Part shown: positions 1 through 10,246 of the stretch, piece after piece
Numbering within the stretch: the stretch's first letter is position 1
Layout of the letters: every line of letters begins with the position of its first letter
Origin: a virus
Taxonomy: Duplodnaviria; Caudoviricetes
Reading direction: 5' to 3' (one strand)
Length of the DNA stretch: 53,935 nucleotides
Virus record (IMG/VR): IMGVR_UViG_3300048836_000129
Coordinates: 1 to 53,935 of that record
Translations under genes and position numbers: made by a program
The notes under the pieces: model-generated
The model's database searches: none
Seen by the model: the letters and a program-made list of their open reading frames with translations, nothing else
Told to the model about the DNA's origin: nothing

Positions 1-415
1 CCTTTTGTGCTTTTCTCAGAGGGCAATTGATAACTGGCATGATAAAGGTGGGTTTCAAATCCCAAATGATGAAGAAGGGTCACGGCATCATGATTTAACT
101 GACGCTTTCGCTCTTTTTTCTCCTTTTCCTTTGCCGGTTGTCTTGCCGAATTACTCTGAAACAGCTATGGAGTTGCGAAATACGACAGGTGGTGTTAAAA
201 TCTCCTTGACTTCGGACGCAATTACAATCACGAATAGTACAACGGTTGTAACGGTCGCAAACAACGGAACGGTAACAGTTACGGGGGATATCACAGCGAC
301 TGGAAATATGGCCGATATGGTTGGGACAATGGCAGATATAAGAACAGCTTATAATTCACACACCCATAGCGAAACAGGGTCAACCACAAGCGTCCCCACG
401 CCGTTGATGGAATAA
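1..415 (+). CDS. Baseplate central spike protein (5'-truncated)
   Basis: Beta-repeat C-terminus ending in an HxH apex motif (SHTHSETG); directly upstream of wedge genes; ORF runs off the window start. Confidence 0.8.
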   Translation, partial: LLCFSQRAIDNWHDKGGFQIPNDEEGSRHHDLTDAFALFSPFPLPVVLPNYSETAMELRNTTGGVKISLTSDAITITNSTTVVTVANNGTVTVTGDITATGNMADMVGTMADIRTAYNSHTHSETGSTTSVPTPLME

Positions 416-417
416 AT

Positions 418-792
418 ATGGCGTTTACATGGAAAGTCACAAATGATGATTTGACCATAAAAGATGGTAAATTCGAAATTGTTTCCAAAAAGGACGAGGT
501 CGCCCAGAGGCTTAAAACCGCACTGCTCCATGAATATGATGAATATTTTTTAAATTATACCAATGGCGTCCCCTGGTATCAATCAATTTTAGGGTCAAGG
601 AATACAAAAAACGCTGAATTGATTTTTAGAAAAATAGCCCTTGATGTCCCTGGGGTTATATCTGTTATCGGGTTAAATACGAATACATCGAATGGGCGAA
701 CAACCGTTGCGCTTACAGCAGAAGTTCAAGACGGTGATTATATCACGTCTACCGTAACAACGAATATATCGGGCCAATTAATAGGGGAATAG
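418..792 (+). CDS. Baseplate wedge / sheath initiator (gp25-like)
   Basis: 124 aa with EYFLNYTNGVPWYQSILG and VPGVISV motifs; lies between spike and baseplate J. Confidence 0.75.
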   Translation: MAFTWKVTNDDLTIKDGKFEIVSKKDEVAQRLKTALLHEYDEYFLNYTNGVPWYQSILGSRNTKNAELIFRKIALDVPGVISVIGLNTNTSNGRTTVALTAEVQDGDYITSTVTTNISGQLIGE

Positions 793-2013
793 ATGGCTGA
801 TTATGGAATAACAGATAGCGGGTTTGTTCTCAAAAGATTGGCCGATATTCTTCAAGACATGGCCGATTCTCTTTCAACAGTTACCGATCCTGTTAGCGGA
901 GAATATTTAACTCCAGACCTTTCAGACGAAAACGATCCCATTGTAAATATCATCAATGCTTTTTCCGATTCGCTTTCCACGATATGGGAAAATCTCCAGA
1001 TTGCAAACAACCAATTCGACCCAGATAAGGCGACAGGCGCGGCATTAACGGGGCTGGTACAGCTAAATGGGCTCGAAAGAACAGCCGGAACTTATGGAAC
1101 TGTAGCGGTTACGATGACCGGGACTCCCGGCCTTGCAATTGCCGCAGGGAAACAAATTTCGAACCTTGCCGGAACGATTGTTTTCGAACTTCCTGGATTT
1201 ACATTTGATGGTTCAGGGAATGCTACTGAAATCGCAACGAGAACAGAATATGGAACCGAAACCGCCGGGGCTGGTGAAGTTGTTTCAATCCTAACACCTG
1301 TTTCGGGTTGGGATACCGTAACAAATGCTCTTGCATCTGTGGCCGGATCTCTTGAAGAAACAGACACAGAACTAAGGGCAAGACGTGCGGTGAGTACGGC
1401 ACTTCCGTCATCTTCCCTTGTTGAAAGTATGCACTCTGGATTATCGGCACTTGATGGGGTGACATTCGTATCGGCTTATATCAATTCAGACATGACAACC
1501 GACTCACGGGGGATAGCCGCGAAACAATACGGCATTGTTATCCAGGGTGGTGATGATGACGAAATAGCCGAAACAATTTTCAATCGTTCGTCAATGTACA
1601 GTTACTATGGGTCCACCACGGTCACAATCTATGATAATCTTGGTCTTTCTCACGATATAAAATTCTCCAGGCCCACGGAAGTTCCTGTGTATGTCGAAAT
1701 AGAGATTGAGATAATAAATCTTAGTATTTGGCCCACAGATGGACCGGATCAAATCAAAGAAGCCATTCTTCTTTATACTTCATCTGGTGCCGCAGGCCTT
1801 GGAATATCGAGTCTTTATGATCAAGACGGTTACACCCCGGGCCAAACAGTTTATGCGAATGAATTGTATATCCCCATAAACACAGTGCAAGGCATGAAGG
1901 TAAATAGCGTTTTTGTCGGCCTTTCAGTTTCTCCCACGGGGAATACAGCGACGATAGATTGGGATGAAATAGCAAGTTTTGACGCTGATAATATCTTGAT
2001 CACGGTGGCTTAA
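793..2013 (+). CDS. Baseplate J/gp47-like protein
   Basis: MADYGITDSGF start; ATGAALTGL, G..EETDTELRAR and IQGGDDDEIAETI motifs. Confidence 0.9.
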   Translation: MADYGITDSGFVLKRLADILQDMADSLSTVTDPVSGEYLTPDLSDENDPIVNIINAFSDSLSTIWENLQIANNQFDPDKATGAALTGLVQLNGLERTAGTYGTVAVTMTGTPGLAIAAGKQISNLAGTIVFELPGFTFDGSGNATEIATRTEYGTETAGAGEVVSILTPVSGWDTVTNALASVAGSLEETDTELRARRAVSTALPSSSLVESMHSGLSALDGVTFVSAYINSDMTTDSRGIAAKQYGIVIQGGDDDEIAETIFNRSSMYSYYGSTTVTIYDNLGLSHDIKFSRPTEVPVYVEIEIEIINLSIWPTDGPDQIKEAILLYTSSGAAGLGISSLYDQDGYTPGQTVYANELYIPINTVQGMKVNSVFVGLSVSPTGNTATIDWDEIASFDADNILITVA

Positions 2014-2696
2014 TGAATGAAATCCAGATAACCACTGAAGATTTAGCCACACGAGCCCACGGAACCATTCTAAACCAGTGGAAAGACAAGACTGTTTTCG
2101 TTGATCTCATAAATAAACTTGCTACAGAATTTCAGTTTTTACTTGATACAATACACGATGTTATAAAGAAAAGAACATTGTATAGTTCTGAAGGATGGAT
2201 TGTAGATGTTCTCGGGAAAATTGTAGGCCAGAAACGCGAACTTATCGACGCCGGAGCTTATACGTGGTTTGCTTTTGATACCCCTGGAAAAGGTTTTGAT
2301 CAGGCTCCGATGTGGGTTTCAACGGCACCTTTAACCGGGAATTATCTTGCTGGAGACGTTGACTATAAACGATTGATAGAAGGGAAAATATACCGTAACC
2401 ATATTAAATATGGATCTATTCCTGAAATACAAGAGTTTATAAGGAAATCTTTTGGTATCGAATCATCCGTTGAACTTGTTGATATAATGACAGTTCGTAT
2501 ATGGGTAGAGGAATCAACCGATGATAACACAATAAATTTTATTGGACGATATACAACAAATGGGATTGACTCAGATAGACGGTATTTTATTCCATTGCCC
2601 GCAGGTTACCAAATCTCTGAAGTTGTAAGATATCATGAATCGGTTACATTTGGTGGGGATTCCACTCTTTTTGATGGCAGTTCGGTTTACTGGTAG
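2013..2696 (+). CDS. DUF2612-like baseplate wedge protein
   Basis: Follows baseplate J; DVLGKIVGQKR, WFAFD..GKGFDQAP and D.DYKRLIEGKI motifs. Confidence 0.75.
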   Translation: MNEIQITTEDLATRAHGTILNQWKDKTVFVDLINKLATEFQFLLDTIHDVIKKRTLYSSEGWIVDVLGKIVGQKRELIDAGAYTWFAFDTPGKGFDQAPMWVSTAPLTGNYLAGDVDYKRLIEGKIYRNHIKYGSIPEIQEFIRKSFGIESSVELVDIMTVRIWVEESTDDNTINFIGRYTTNGIDSDRRYFIPLPAGYQISEVVRYHESVTFGGDSTLFDGSSVYW

Positions 2697-2707
2697 GAGA
2701 AAAAATC

Positions 2708-3544
2708 ATGTCTGACAGGTCTGAAATAATTGGTGGAATTTGGGCGGAAGGTGCATCTAATGCCCCGTCGTCCCCCGTAGAGGGCGAAACTTATGCCAAA
2801 AGTAATATGTCGGAATCCGACATTATTAATGCTTATGGATACAAATCAACTCCCGACGTAGCAAAATTCAACGAGATTTTACGCAGAATAACAACGATTT
2901 TAACCTTACTTGAATCCAATGGGGTTCTGCCATGGTGTCCAAATACTACATATGAACAAGGCGGCCTTTGCATTGGATATAACGGCTTTACATACAGATC
3001 TCTTCTTGGCGCGAACACAAATAACAATCCTGTAACAACAGGGAGCCCTTGGTGGGACATGATTACCTTGCTACAGGCATCCGAGTCCTTGGCAGGGAAA
3101 GCAAGACTCGCCACATTATCGGAAGTTTTGACCGGCACCGGGACAAACACAATAGTTACACCTGTGAATCTTGATCAAAAAATAGACCAAGAGATCTCAG
3201 CCATAAACGAATCTTGGCAAACAATGACACTTTCAAATAGTTGGGTTGCCGATTATGCGCGGTATCGAAAAATAAACAATGGGACTTCGGTACAAATCCA
3301 GATCCAGGGGCTTGACGGTGCATCTGCCACATCGTCCGTTTTTTTTACATTCCCGTCAGGGTATCGACCTATTTATGGTGCAAGCCTTTTACATTTGCAT
3401 CCTATTCCAGGATCAATAACGGCTGGAAACGACATAACAAAATGGTATGACTTTTACATAACGAAATCAGATGGGACAATTCGCGGCCTCAATGCGGCTT
3501 CATCGGGCTATGAATTTAATATTGATTTTATATTTAACATTTAA
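2708..3544 (+). CDS. Tail fibre protein (proximal)
   Basis: Baseplate-anchoring N-terminus, W...TTYEQG...YRSL repeat, ASESLAGKARLAT fibre repeat, C-terminal FTFPSGYRP receptor-binding-type domain. Confidence 0.75.
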   Translation: MSDRSEIIGGIWAEGASNAPSSPVEGETYAKSNMSESDIINAYGYKSTPDVAKFNEILRRITTILTLLESNGVLPWCPNTTYEQGGLCIGYNGFTYRSLLGANTNNNPVTTGSPWWDMITLLQASESLAGKARLATLSEVLTGTGTNTIVTPVNLDQKIDQEISAINESWQTMTLSNSWVADYARYRKINNGTSVQIQIQGLDGASATSSVFFTFPSGYRPIYGASLLHLHPIPGSITAGNDITKWYDFYITKSDGTIRGLNAASSGYEFNIDFIFNI

Positions 3545-3553
3545 GGGACATCC

Positions 3554-5971
3554 ATGAGAAAATTAGCCCTTTTAATCTTGTTAGTATTGATTCCGTCAAT
3601 CTGCTTTTCTGGAACGGCAAATACTGTTCGAACAGATGCTCAAACAACAGACCAAGTTCCTGTATATCGCCCATCTCTCGGCGGATCTCTTGGCTCTTCA
3701 AACCCAAATGCTTATTTTAGGCTCTCTCTTGGCGATATCATTGAGGATCTTGTTGGGGAAATTGGCGGGTCTATAAATACATGGCTATCCGGATCTGGCG
3801 CACCTTCGGACGCGACAGGAAATGATGGCGATTATTACCTTGATACGGTGTCAAGTGCATACTATGGGCCGAAAACATCCGGTTCTTGGACGGGGACGGG
3901 CCCTATATCTCTTATTGGGCCAACTGGTGCCACAGGCCCCCAAGGCCCGAAGGGTGACACCGGGGACACCGGCCCTCAGGGGTTGAAGGGTGACACCGGG
4001 GACACCGGCCCACAGGGTCCGAAGGGCGATACCGGGGACACCGGCCCGGCTGGTGCGGATGGAATCGGAGTTCCAGCCGGAGGCACAACGGGGCAAATTT
4101 TATCCAAAAAAACCGAAACGGACTATGATACCCAATGGGTCAATCCGACAGGAACCGCTGACGCTGTTTCATTTACACCGGATGGAAACATTGAGGCTAC
4201 AACAGTACAAGGAGCAATAGCAGAACTCGATGGAGAAAAACAAGCGAATATAGGTTATACGCCTGAAAACACATCAAACAAAGCTACTGATCTAACAACG
4301 CCGGATAATACTAAATATGCTACAACACTCGCAATTTCAACGGCTCTCGGATTAAAAGAAGATGCTGACTCCGATATAACAAAGGCGAACGAATCTGAAA
4401 CAATAACCGGGACATGGGCTTTCCCAGATTCGGCATACAATGTGTCAACATGGGATGGAGTCAATACGGCTGTCACAAAAAACTCATTCCGTGATTATAT
4501 GTTCAACTTTGATTCAGACGGAGATGGTCTTTTTACAGATGAGTCATGGTTTCCCACTGTTTTTGATCCAGCCTCCCCAGGGACAATAGGCGGAACAACT
4601 CCTGGCATCGGGTATTTCACTACTTTAAGCGCTTCCGAATATACATCAAGCGCGGCAGATGGCGACCGTGGAATAATCCTTCCAGAGAATACATCAAAAA
4701 CACCGGGCACTGGCCTTGTGGAAATATACAACGAAGCCGGTCAATTAAAATATTCAGAAAATGGCGTTGAAAAAGATTTCCTTGAAATCGACGACTCTTC
4801 ATCGGCTTTAACAACCACCTATTCATCATCGAAAATTCAAGAGCTTATATCTGGGGTTTCTGGAGCCGCTGGCTATGTCTCGCCGCCGACCTATTCAGAT
4901 GATCCGGGAACAGATGGTCAATATTCGTGGGATGAAAGTTTTTTTTATGCTCACAAAAACGGATCATGGGATAAATTTGCGGTTACTTGGGCTGGCATGA
5001 GTCCAGCACCGACGGTTCCGACACTAACAAGTCTAACAATTCCATCAAGTGGTGATACAGCAACCGCCGTATTTTCAGAGGCTGTTTCATTTGGGGCTGG
5101 CGGATCTGGCGGCTGGACGCTCAACAATCCATCAAACGCGATGACCTACGCAAGTGGGTCAGGAACAGACACGATTGTTTTCAATCTTGCATCGACAATC
5201 TTGTCAACAGACACGCCGACTGTTTCATACACCCAGCCGACAAACGGCTTTGAATCTTCGGACGATGGGGTTGATCTTGCCTCTATACCGAGTGCGAGTG
5301 TTACGAACAACAGCACACAGACTGGCGTGGATTATTCAGATATTCTTCTTTACTGGGGTGCTGAAAATTCGTCAACCGCTGATAAGCCTGCCGGACTTAC
5401 AGCAACGACATCAACTCTTACATACCAAACAAGCCCAAAACTGGCCGGGTCGTATAGTGCAAAATACACGTCGTCGGCGTATGACCGTGTGCAATGGACT
5501 AACACATCAGATGCAATTTTTGACCGTGATGGGGGACGAGTTGGTTTATGGATTACAACAGGATCGACAATAACGGATGATGCCACGTATTTTGAAGCTG
5601 CCTATGATGCAACTAACTATGTCCGGCTTCGGAACCGTGGAAATTCTGGATTAGAAGTTTTGTGGAAAGGGGATGGCGTTACGTACCAAGCATATTTTAC
5701 GGCTGGAATATCCCCCTCCACCTCATATTACGTTGAGTTTTCATATGGGGTAACAGGAGTAAGAATAATGATTAATGGAGTGTCACAATCTCTTTCTGAA
5801 ATCGGACAATATACTGCCATGACGGGCGCTACTGAGAATGGCACCGTATCGGTTGGGGCGGCAGTATCTCTACCTTCATCCCCAGAGGGCGGCAGCTATG
5901 ACCAAATCATTATTTCTAACGACCCAGATAGAGATATATACGCAATTCGGGCCGAAACAAACATGGAGTAA
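3554..5971 (+). CDS. Collagen-repeat fibre-like protein with signal peptide and Ig-like and LamG/ConA-like domains
   Basis: N-terminal MRKLALLILLVLIPSICFS; GSGAPS..GNDGDYYLD; Gly-X-Y repeats; GGTTGQIL.K fibre motif; C-terminal beta-sandwich ending YDQIIISN. Confidence 0.7.
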   Translation: MRKLALLILLVLIPSICFSGTANTVRTDAQTTDQVPVYRPSLGGSLGSSNPNAYFRLSLGDIIEDLVGEIGGSINTWLSGSGAPSDATGNDGDYYLDTVSSAYYGPKTSGSWTGTGPISLIGPTGATGPQGPKGDTGDTGPQGLKGDTGDTGPQGPKGDTGDTGPAGADGIGVPAGGTTGQILSKKTETDYDTQWVNPTGTADAVSFTPDGNIEATTVQGAIAELDGEKQANIGYTPENTSNKATDLTTPDNTKYATTLAISTALGLKEDADSDITKANESETITGTWAFPDSAYNVSTWDGVNTAVTKNSFRDYMFNFDSDGDGLFTDESWFPTVFDPASPGTIGGTTPGIGYFTTLSASEYTSSAADGDRGIILPENTSKTPGTGLVEIYNEAGQLKYSENGVEKDFLEIDDSSSALTTTYSSSKIQELISGVSGAAGYVSPPTYSDDPGTDGQYSWDESFFYAHKNGSWDKFAVTWAGMSPAPTVPTLTSLTIPSSGDTATAVFSEAVSFGAGGSGGWTLNNPSNAMTYASGSGTDTIVFNLASTILSTDTPTVSYTQPTNGFESSDDGVDLASIPSASVTNNSTQTGVDYSDILLYWGAENSSTADKPAGLTATTSTLTYQTSPKLAGSYSAKYTSSAYDRVQWTNTSDAIFDRDGGRVGLWITTGSTITDDATYFEAAYDATNYVRLRNRGNSGLEVLWKGDGVTYQAYFTAGISPSTSYYVEFSYGVTGVRIMINGVSQSLSEIGQYTAMTGATENGTVSVGAAVSLPSSPEGGSYDQIIISNDPDRDIYAIRAETNME
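3935..4042 (+). repeat. Three 36-bp tandem repeats encoding collagen-like GPQG(P/L)KGDTGDT
   Basis: Direct inspection: units of ggccc.ca.gg...gaagggyga.accggggacacc. Confidence 0.9.
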
Positions 5972-5974
5972 AAC

Positions 5975-7360
5975 ATGATAAAAAAAATACTCATCTTGAT
6001 ACTACTTGCCCCTTCGGTTTGTTTTGGCGCTATATCTGAAGTGTCCATTGTTGGCGGTAGTTTCACAATAAGCGGATCAGATTTTGGGAGCAATTCAGAG
6101 GGCGAATGGCTTGGAGACAACATAGAGGATGGTGTTGAAGGTGAACCTTTTACGAAAACATCATGGAACAATTATTACAATAACAAGGCTACTTATTCGG
6201 ACACTGATAAACATAGTGGATCTAAATCAATTTTATTTGATTTTTATGATAATGTATACGCGCGTGCCCTTGTTTTTGATTACGGGGCAACGGAAGTAAC
6301 TGAATCCTACATGACAGCGTGGGTAAAAATACAAAAGAATGATGATGCTCACACATTTCAATGGAAAAATTGGAAAATTAAAGACACTCCGGGTTACGAT
6401 TTTCAGACAACTATATACGGAGAGAATTGGCACTATGACACAACGGGTTGGGGCAACACAAGCGTTATGGTTATGCGAAATACTATAACGGACCAATCTT
6501 CAAAACGTACTGTTGTTAAAGATGGTTTTCTCTTAAATGAGTGGCAAAGATTGGAGGCTTATTATAAAAAAAGCAGCGCACTCGGTGTTAATGATGGGGT
6601 TTTTGAATGGCGGCGCGTAGGCCGTGCCAGTGGAGAGGTTATTGTTTCAAACTATAATATCATAACACATGACTCAACAAACGAAAACCAATTGTATAGA
6701 TATATTTTTCTTGGGCATTATTATGGGAATCTTTTGAATAGCGACAGCTCTCCTTATGCTGGCATAAGGGACGCAGAGATATATTATGATGACATCTATA
6801 TTAGCAGATCAAGATCACGTATAGAAATCGGCAACCACGCCGTATTCGCGAACTGCACTCACCGCGAAATACAACCAGCCATTACATGGTCTGATACCGG
6901 CATAACCGGGACATTCAACCAGGGAAGTTTTAATAACGGCGACACGGTTTATTTCTTCGTGGTTGATGAGGACGGTATTCCGTCTGATGGTTATCCAGTG
7001 ACGATTGGTGGAGATCCGTCAATCGCGAATCCGATTGTCGAAATACTCACAGAATCGGGCCAGACCACAGCGGCATCAGTTTTCATAATAACGGGAACCG
7101 CAACAGCCGATACAGGCCAAACGATTTCAGGTGTGACATGCTCTGGCCAGACGGTAACGCCCAATGATGGAACATGGGACGAACAGGTTGAGTCGTTTAC
7201 TTGTCTTGCGAATCTTTCTCTCGGGGAAAACGTTCTGATTTTTATAGGATCAGATGGGACAAGAACAGGAAGCGATTCAATAACAATCACAAGAACCATC
7301 CCCGGAGAATATACAACCCGAGGCGCTGGTTTTTCAATAAAAGGTTGCACTTTAAAATAA
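5975..7360 (+). CDS. Signal-peptide protein with jelly-roll (polysaccharide lyase/LamG-like) and Ig-like domains
   Basis: MIKKILILILLAPSVCFG; WQRLEAYYK...DGVFEW and IYYDDIYIS motifs; C-terminal Ig-like ITGTATAD...LSLGENVL. Confidence 0.6.
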   Translation: MIKKILILILLAPSVCFGAISEVSIVGGSFTISGSDFGSNSEGEWLGDNIEDGVEGEPFTKTSWNNYYNNKATYSDTDKHSGSKSILFDFYDNVYARALVFDYGATEVTESYMTAWVKIQKNDDAHTFQWKNWKIKDTPGYDFQTTIYGENWHYDTTGWGNTSVMVMRNTITDQSSKRTVVKDGFLLNEWQRLEAYYKKSSALGVNDGVFEWRRVGRASGEVIVSNYNIITHDSTNENQLYRYIFLGHYYGNLLNSDSSPYAGIRDAEIYYDDIYISRSRSRIEIGNHAVFANCTHREIQPAITWSDTGITGTFNQGSFNNGDTVYFFVVDEDGIPSDGYPVTIGGDPSIANPIVEILTESGQTTAASVFIITGTATADTGQTISGVTCSGQTVTPNDGTWDEQVESFTCLANLSLGENVLIFIGSDGTRTGSDSITITRTIPGEYTTRGAGFSIKGCTLK

Positions 7361-7370
7361 GGAGTAAAAA

Positions 7371-9119
7371 ATGGCCGTTGAGCTTGACACAGACGGGAAT
7401 AAAGCAATTGACATAAACCTTGGTGGCACAAATGCAAAAACAGCGAGTGAAGCTCTTTCTAATCTCGGAGGCCAGCCGTATGATGCTGATTTGGATATTC
7501 TTTCAAGCGGGACATTTAGTCAAAAAAGGGCATTAATTGAGGCATTTGCAAAGCCAGTTCTCGGAGTCGATGCCCTTAGAACCACAATGGCTGATTTTGA
7601 TGGCGATGCAAGATATCTAACATATCATACATCAATTGGAGATGGCGGCCATGGAATGGTTGTATGGGACTCAACATCGACAGCAGCAGACGATAACGGT
7701 GTTACGATAGCCGTAACGGGTGTTGCAACTGGAAGATGGGTTAGGCAGTTAAACGGTTTTGTAACGCCGGAAATGTTTGGTTGTGACGGTATTGACGACC
7801 ATGTTCAGATACAGGCGGCTGTTAACACTAAAATGAATGTTATCGGTGGCGGGCCAACAAAGACTTACAACATAGGCGAAAAAATAATATTACCTCCGTT
7901 GGATAATACAACTCTGTATCGAAAGCAGCAAATCATCGACTTTAGAGGCGCAACGATGTATGCCGCTTCTGAGATTGATGCATGTTTTGAGCTCACATCC
8001 GGCCCATGGCCGTTAAACAACACCAGGAAACGAATCCTCAATGTCATATTTCGCGGCTTTATCAACGACTGCATCTTGTTGACAGGTAATCATCACTGGG
8101 GTCACGAGTTCGCCTTTTTATCCACTGTTGGTGGACCTGGCGTTGGGGCTTTCAATTCGGTCGTGCACATTCAAAATACATTGATGGGGTCTGGCGCAAA
8201 TCCGGGCCTTATCAGCATTCACGATATCTGGGGGCTTTCTTCAACAACACTTTCCGTTATCAAGATGAGTAGTGACAACCCTGTCCAGATTGATGATCTA
8301 ACTGTAAAGCGCGTTTATGTGGGCGATATACCTATTGTGGACGGGACCAAAACCGTATTGATTTATGCACACGTCGAAGACTGCTATGGTCAAAGCCACG
8401 GCGTTAATCTTGCCAATGACGGCAGTTATATGACTAAATCTACCATTGAGGGTATTTATATTGAAGCGAAGAACGCCGATACTTATGGCTTTAATGGTAT
8501 AGGGATCAATAATGTCTTCGATAGAATTAATATGTACGTCCCAGATCATACAATTCAGACAGGATGTCAGGCTGTTAGGCTTTTATCCGGAACACTCGGA
8601 AAAAGCAACGACAATAGCATAGGACCGGTATCACTCATATCGTCGGCCTTGGGCGTAGCTCCGTATGCGACAGTGCCATACCCTATTGTTTATATTCAAG
8701 CCGGCTATAGGAATAAGATAAAAGGTATCAATCCGGACTATCTTGTAAACGCTGTGGAATACGGGAGCACGGACTATTCCGCTTTTACGGGAACCGTTAG
8801 TATTGATAGCCCGAAAAACGTGAATAAAAGCGCAACATACAATTTAACACTAAACGATAACGGATTCACTTTTACAAATGACTCGGCAACGGCCAATGTC
8901 CTACTATACCTCCCGTCGGCGCAGGTTGGGCTTAAGTACACTTTTTATAGAACGAATGCAACATACACCATACGAGTGCTAAACTCATTTGGGCATACCA
9001 TTAACGGGATCGGAACGTCCATCACGTTATCCGCGCAGTACGATTGTATTACTCTTGAGTGTATAAAAACGGGTCAATGGACTATAACGGCGCAGAATAA
9101 CGCGCCTACAACCCCATGA
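7371..9119 (+). CDS. Tail spike / depolymerase (beta-helix)
   Basis: GGTNAKTASEALSNLG; GDGGHG..WD...ADDNG.TI...GRWVR; VTPEMFG...DDHVQIQAAVN, typical of pectin-lyase-fold spikes. Confidence 0.8.
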   Translation: MAVELDTDGNKAIDINLGGTNAKTASEALSNLGGQPYDADLDILSSGTFSQKRALIEAFAKPVLGVDALRTTMADFDGDARYLTYHTSIGDGGHGMVVWDSTSTAADDNGVTIAVTGVATGRWVRQLNGFVTPEMFGCDGIDDHVQIQAAVNTKMNVIGGGPTKTYNIGEKIILPPLDNTTLYRKQQIIDFRGATMYAASEIDACFELTSGPWPLNNTRKRILNVIFRGFINDCILLTGNHHWGHEFAFLSTVGGPGVGAFNSVVHIQNTLMGSGANPGLISIHDIWGLSSTTLSVIKMSSDNPVQIDDLTVKRVYVGDIPIVDGTKTVLIYAHVEDCYGQSHGVNLANDGSYMTKSTIEGIYIEAKNADTYGFNGIGINNVFDRINMYVPDHTIQTGCQAVRLLSGTLGKSNDNSIGPVSLISSALGVAPYATVPYPIVYIQAGYRNKIKGINPDYLVNAVEYGSTDYSAFTGTVSIDSPKNVNKSATYNLTLNDNGFTFTNDSATANVLLYLPSAQVGLKYTFYRTNATYTIRVLNSFGHTINGIGTSITLSAQYDCITLECIKTGQWTITAQNNAPTTP

Positions 9120-9210
9120 GGCTTCACATAATGAAACCATTCGATAACATTTGCCATGCGTGTTTGACTGCGAGTATGTGTTTCATGCCGCATATTTTTG
9201 AGCTTGCAAA

Positions 9211-9597
9211 ATGAATATTTCAAAATTAATAAAAGAATCGTCAGAAAAATACAATCTTGAATTAAACAATGGATTGTATTTTTTTGATGACGCAACTCTT
9301 GGAATGATCATAAATTCCTGCGGGCCGAAGGGAATCGGGGATAAAATTGTACCAGATTCAATTCTTGGAGTTCGAATCACAGTGGCTTGTCAGATCCATG
9401 ATTTTGATTATTTCGTCGGTCAGACGTTCGAAGATAAGAAGAACGCTGACCGACGATTTCTTGAGAATATGAGAAAGATCATTGAGTATGAGTCAAAGTT
9501 CTGGCCCTTGAAATATATCCGGTTAAAAATAGCAAAGGGATATTACGATGCCGTTAAATACGCTGGATATGAAGCATTTCAAGACAAGTCACTTTGA
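9211..9597 (+). CDS. Phospholipase A2-like / DUF1353-like protein
   Basis: NSCGP...ACQIHDFDY...ADRRFLENM (CxxHDxxY...D catalytic pattern). Confidence 0.6.
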   Translation: MNISKLIKESSEKYNLELNNGLYFFDDATLGMIINSCGPKGIGDKIVPDSILGVRITVACQIHDFDYFVGQTFEDKKNADRRFLENMRKIIEYESKFWPLKYIRLKIAKGYYDAVKYAGYEAFQDKSL

Positions 9598-9777
9598 TTT
9601 ATTGGGGTCAAGTTCCATCTCAAGATTGTCAATAAAATCACTGAATTTATCCTCTTTTTCATAACCTTCACAATGATGAACGGTGCATGTCGCCCGGCTT
9701 TTGCATGATCTGCAAATTTCGGGAAATGCACCAACACTTTCTTGTGCCATATCAAGTGGCATGTATCCTGTTGTCAT
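9589..9777 (-). CDS. Hypothetical Cys-rich protein
   Basis: ORF coupled to upstream minus-strand genes; CxxC...C...C. Confidence 0.5.
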   Translation of the reverse strand: MTTGYMPLDMAQESVGAFPEICRSCKSRATCTVHHCEGYEKEDKFSDFIDNLEMELDPNKSK

Positions 9778-10067
9778 TTTTCAATCTCCTGTTCTTGGCA
9801 TTCTTCTATGTAATACAGATCATTTTTAAAAACAACAAAATCCAACTCTTCCAATGGGTAAATATCACACCAGTCATCATATTTACCACCAATCCAAATA
9901 TCAGTTCCAAACCAATTTAATATAATTAAATACATATCATCATAGAACACACAATGACATTTTTTCAAAAAATCATGAATGACACCGCCTTCGATTTTTA
10001 TTTCATTCGATTTTAGAACGGATATAAAAGTTTCTACTGTTAGGCTGTATGGCTTGCAATCATCCAT
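9774..10067 (-). CDS. Hypothetical protein
   Basis: ORF; start moved to MDDCK, which follows GGAGG and abuts the upstream stop. Confidence 0.55.
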   Translation of the reverse strand: MDDCKPYSLTVETFISVLKSNEIKIEGGVIHDFLKKCHCVFYDDMYLIILNWFGTDIWIGGKYDDWCDIYPLEELDFVVFKNDLYYIEECQEQEIEK

Positions 10068-10246
10068 TATTTTTCCCTCCATGCTATAACGTTTTCAAGA
10101 CCTATTAAATCCCAGCCTTTTTTGACTGTGTATTTCCGTGAAACTTTGTGATGGCCCGGGACATCAATGATGTATACGAGACATCCGTATAGACCGTCTA
10201 TTCCAGGTTCATCATAACCGGGTTTAAATTCTTTTGGTAAGTTCAT
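10067..10246 (-). CDS. Small hypothetical protein (59 aa; not in ORF track)
   Basis: Manual translation MNLPKEFKPGYDEPG...VIAWREK; overlaps both neighbours (ATGA/TAATG coupling). Confidence 0.55.
   Translation of the reverse strand: MNLPKEFKPGYDEPGIDGLYGCLVYIIDVPGHHKVSRKYTVKKGWDLIGLENVIAWREK

Noticed and set aside
2708-9119. Diversity-generating retroelement or invertible tail-fibre cassette
   Set aside because: No reverse transcriptase or invertase, and no template/variable repeat pair seen in the window
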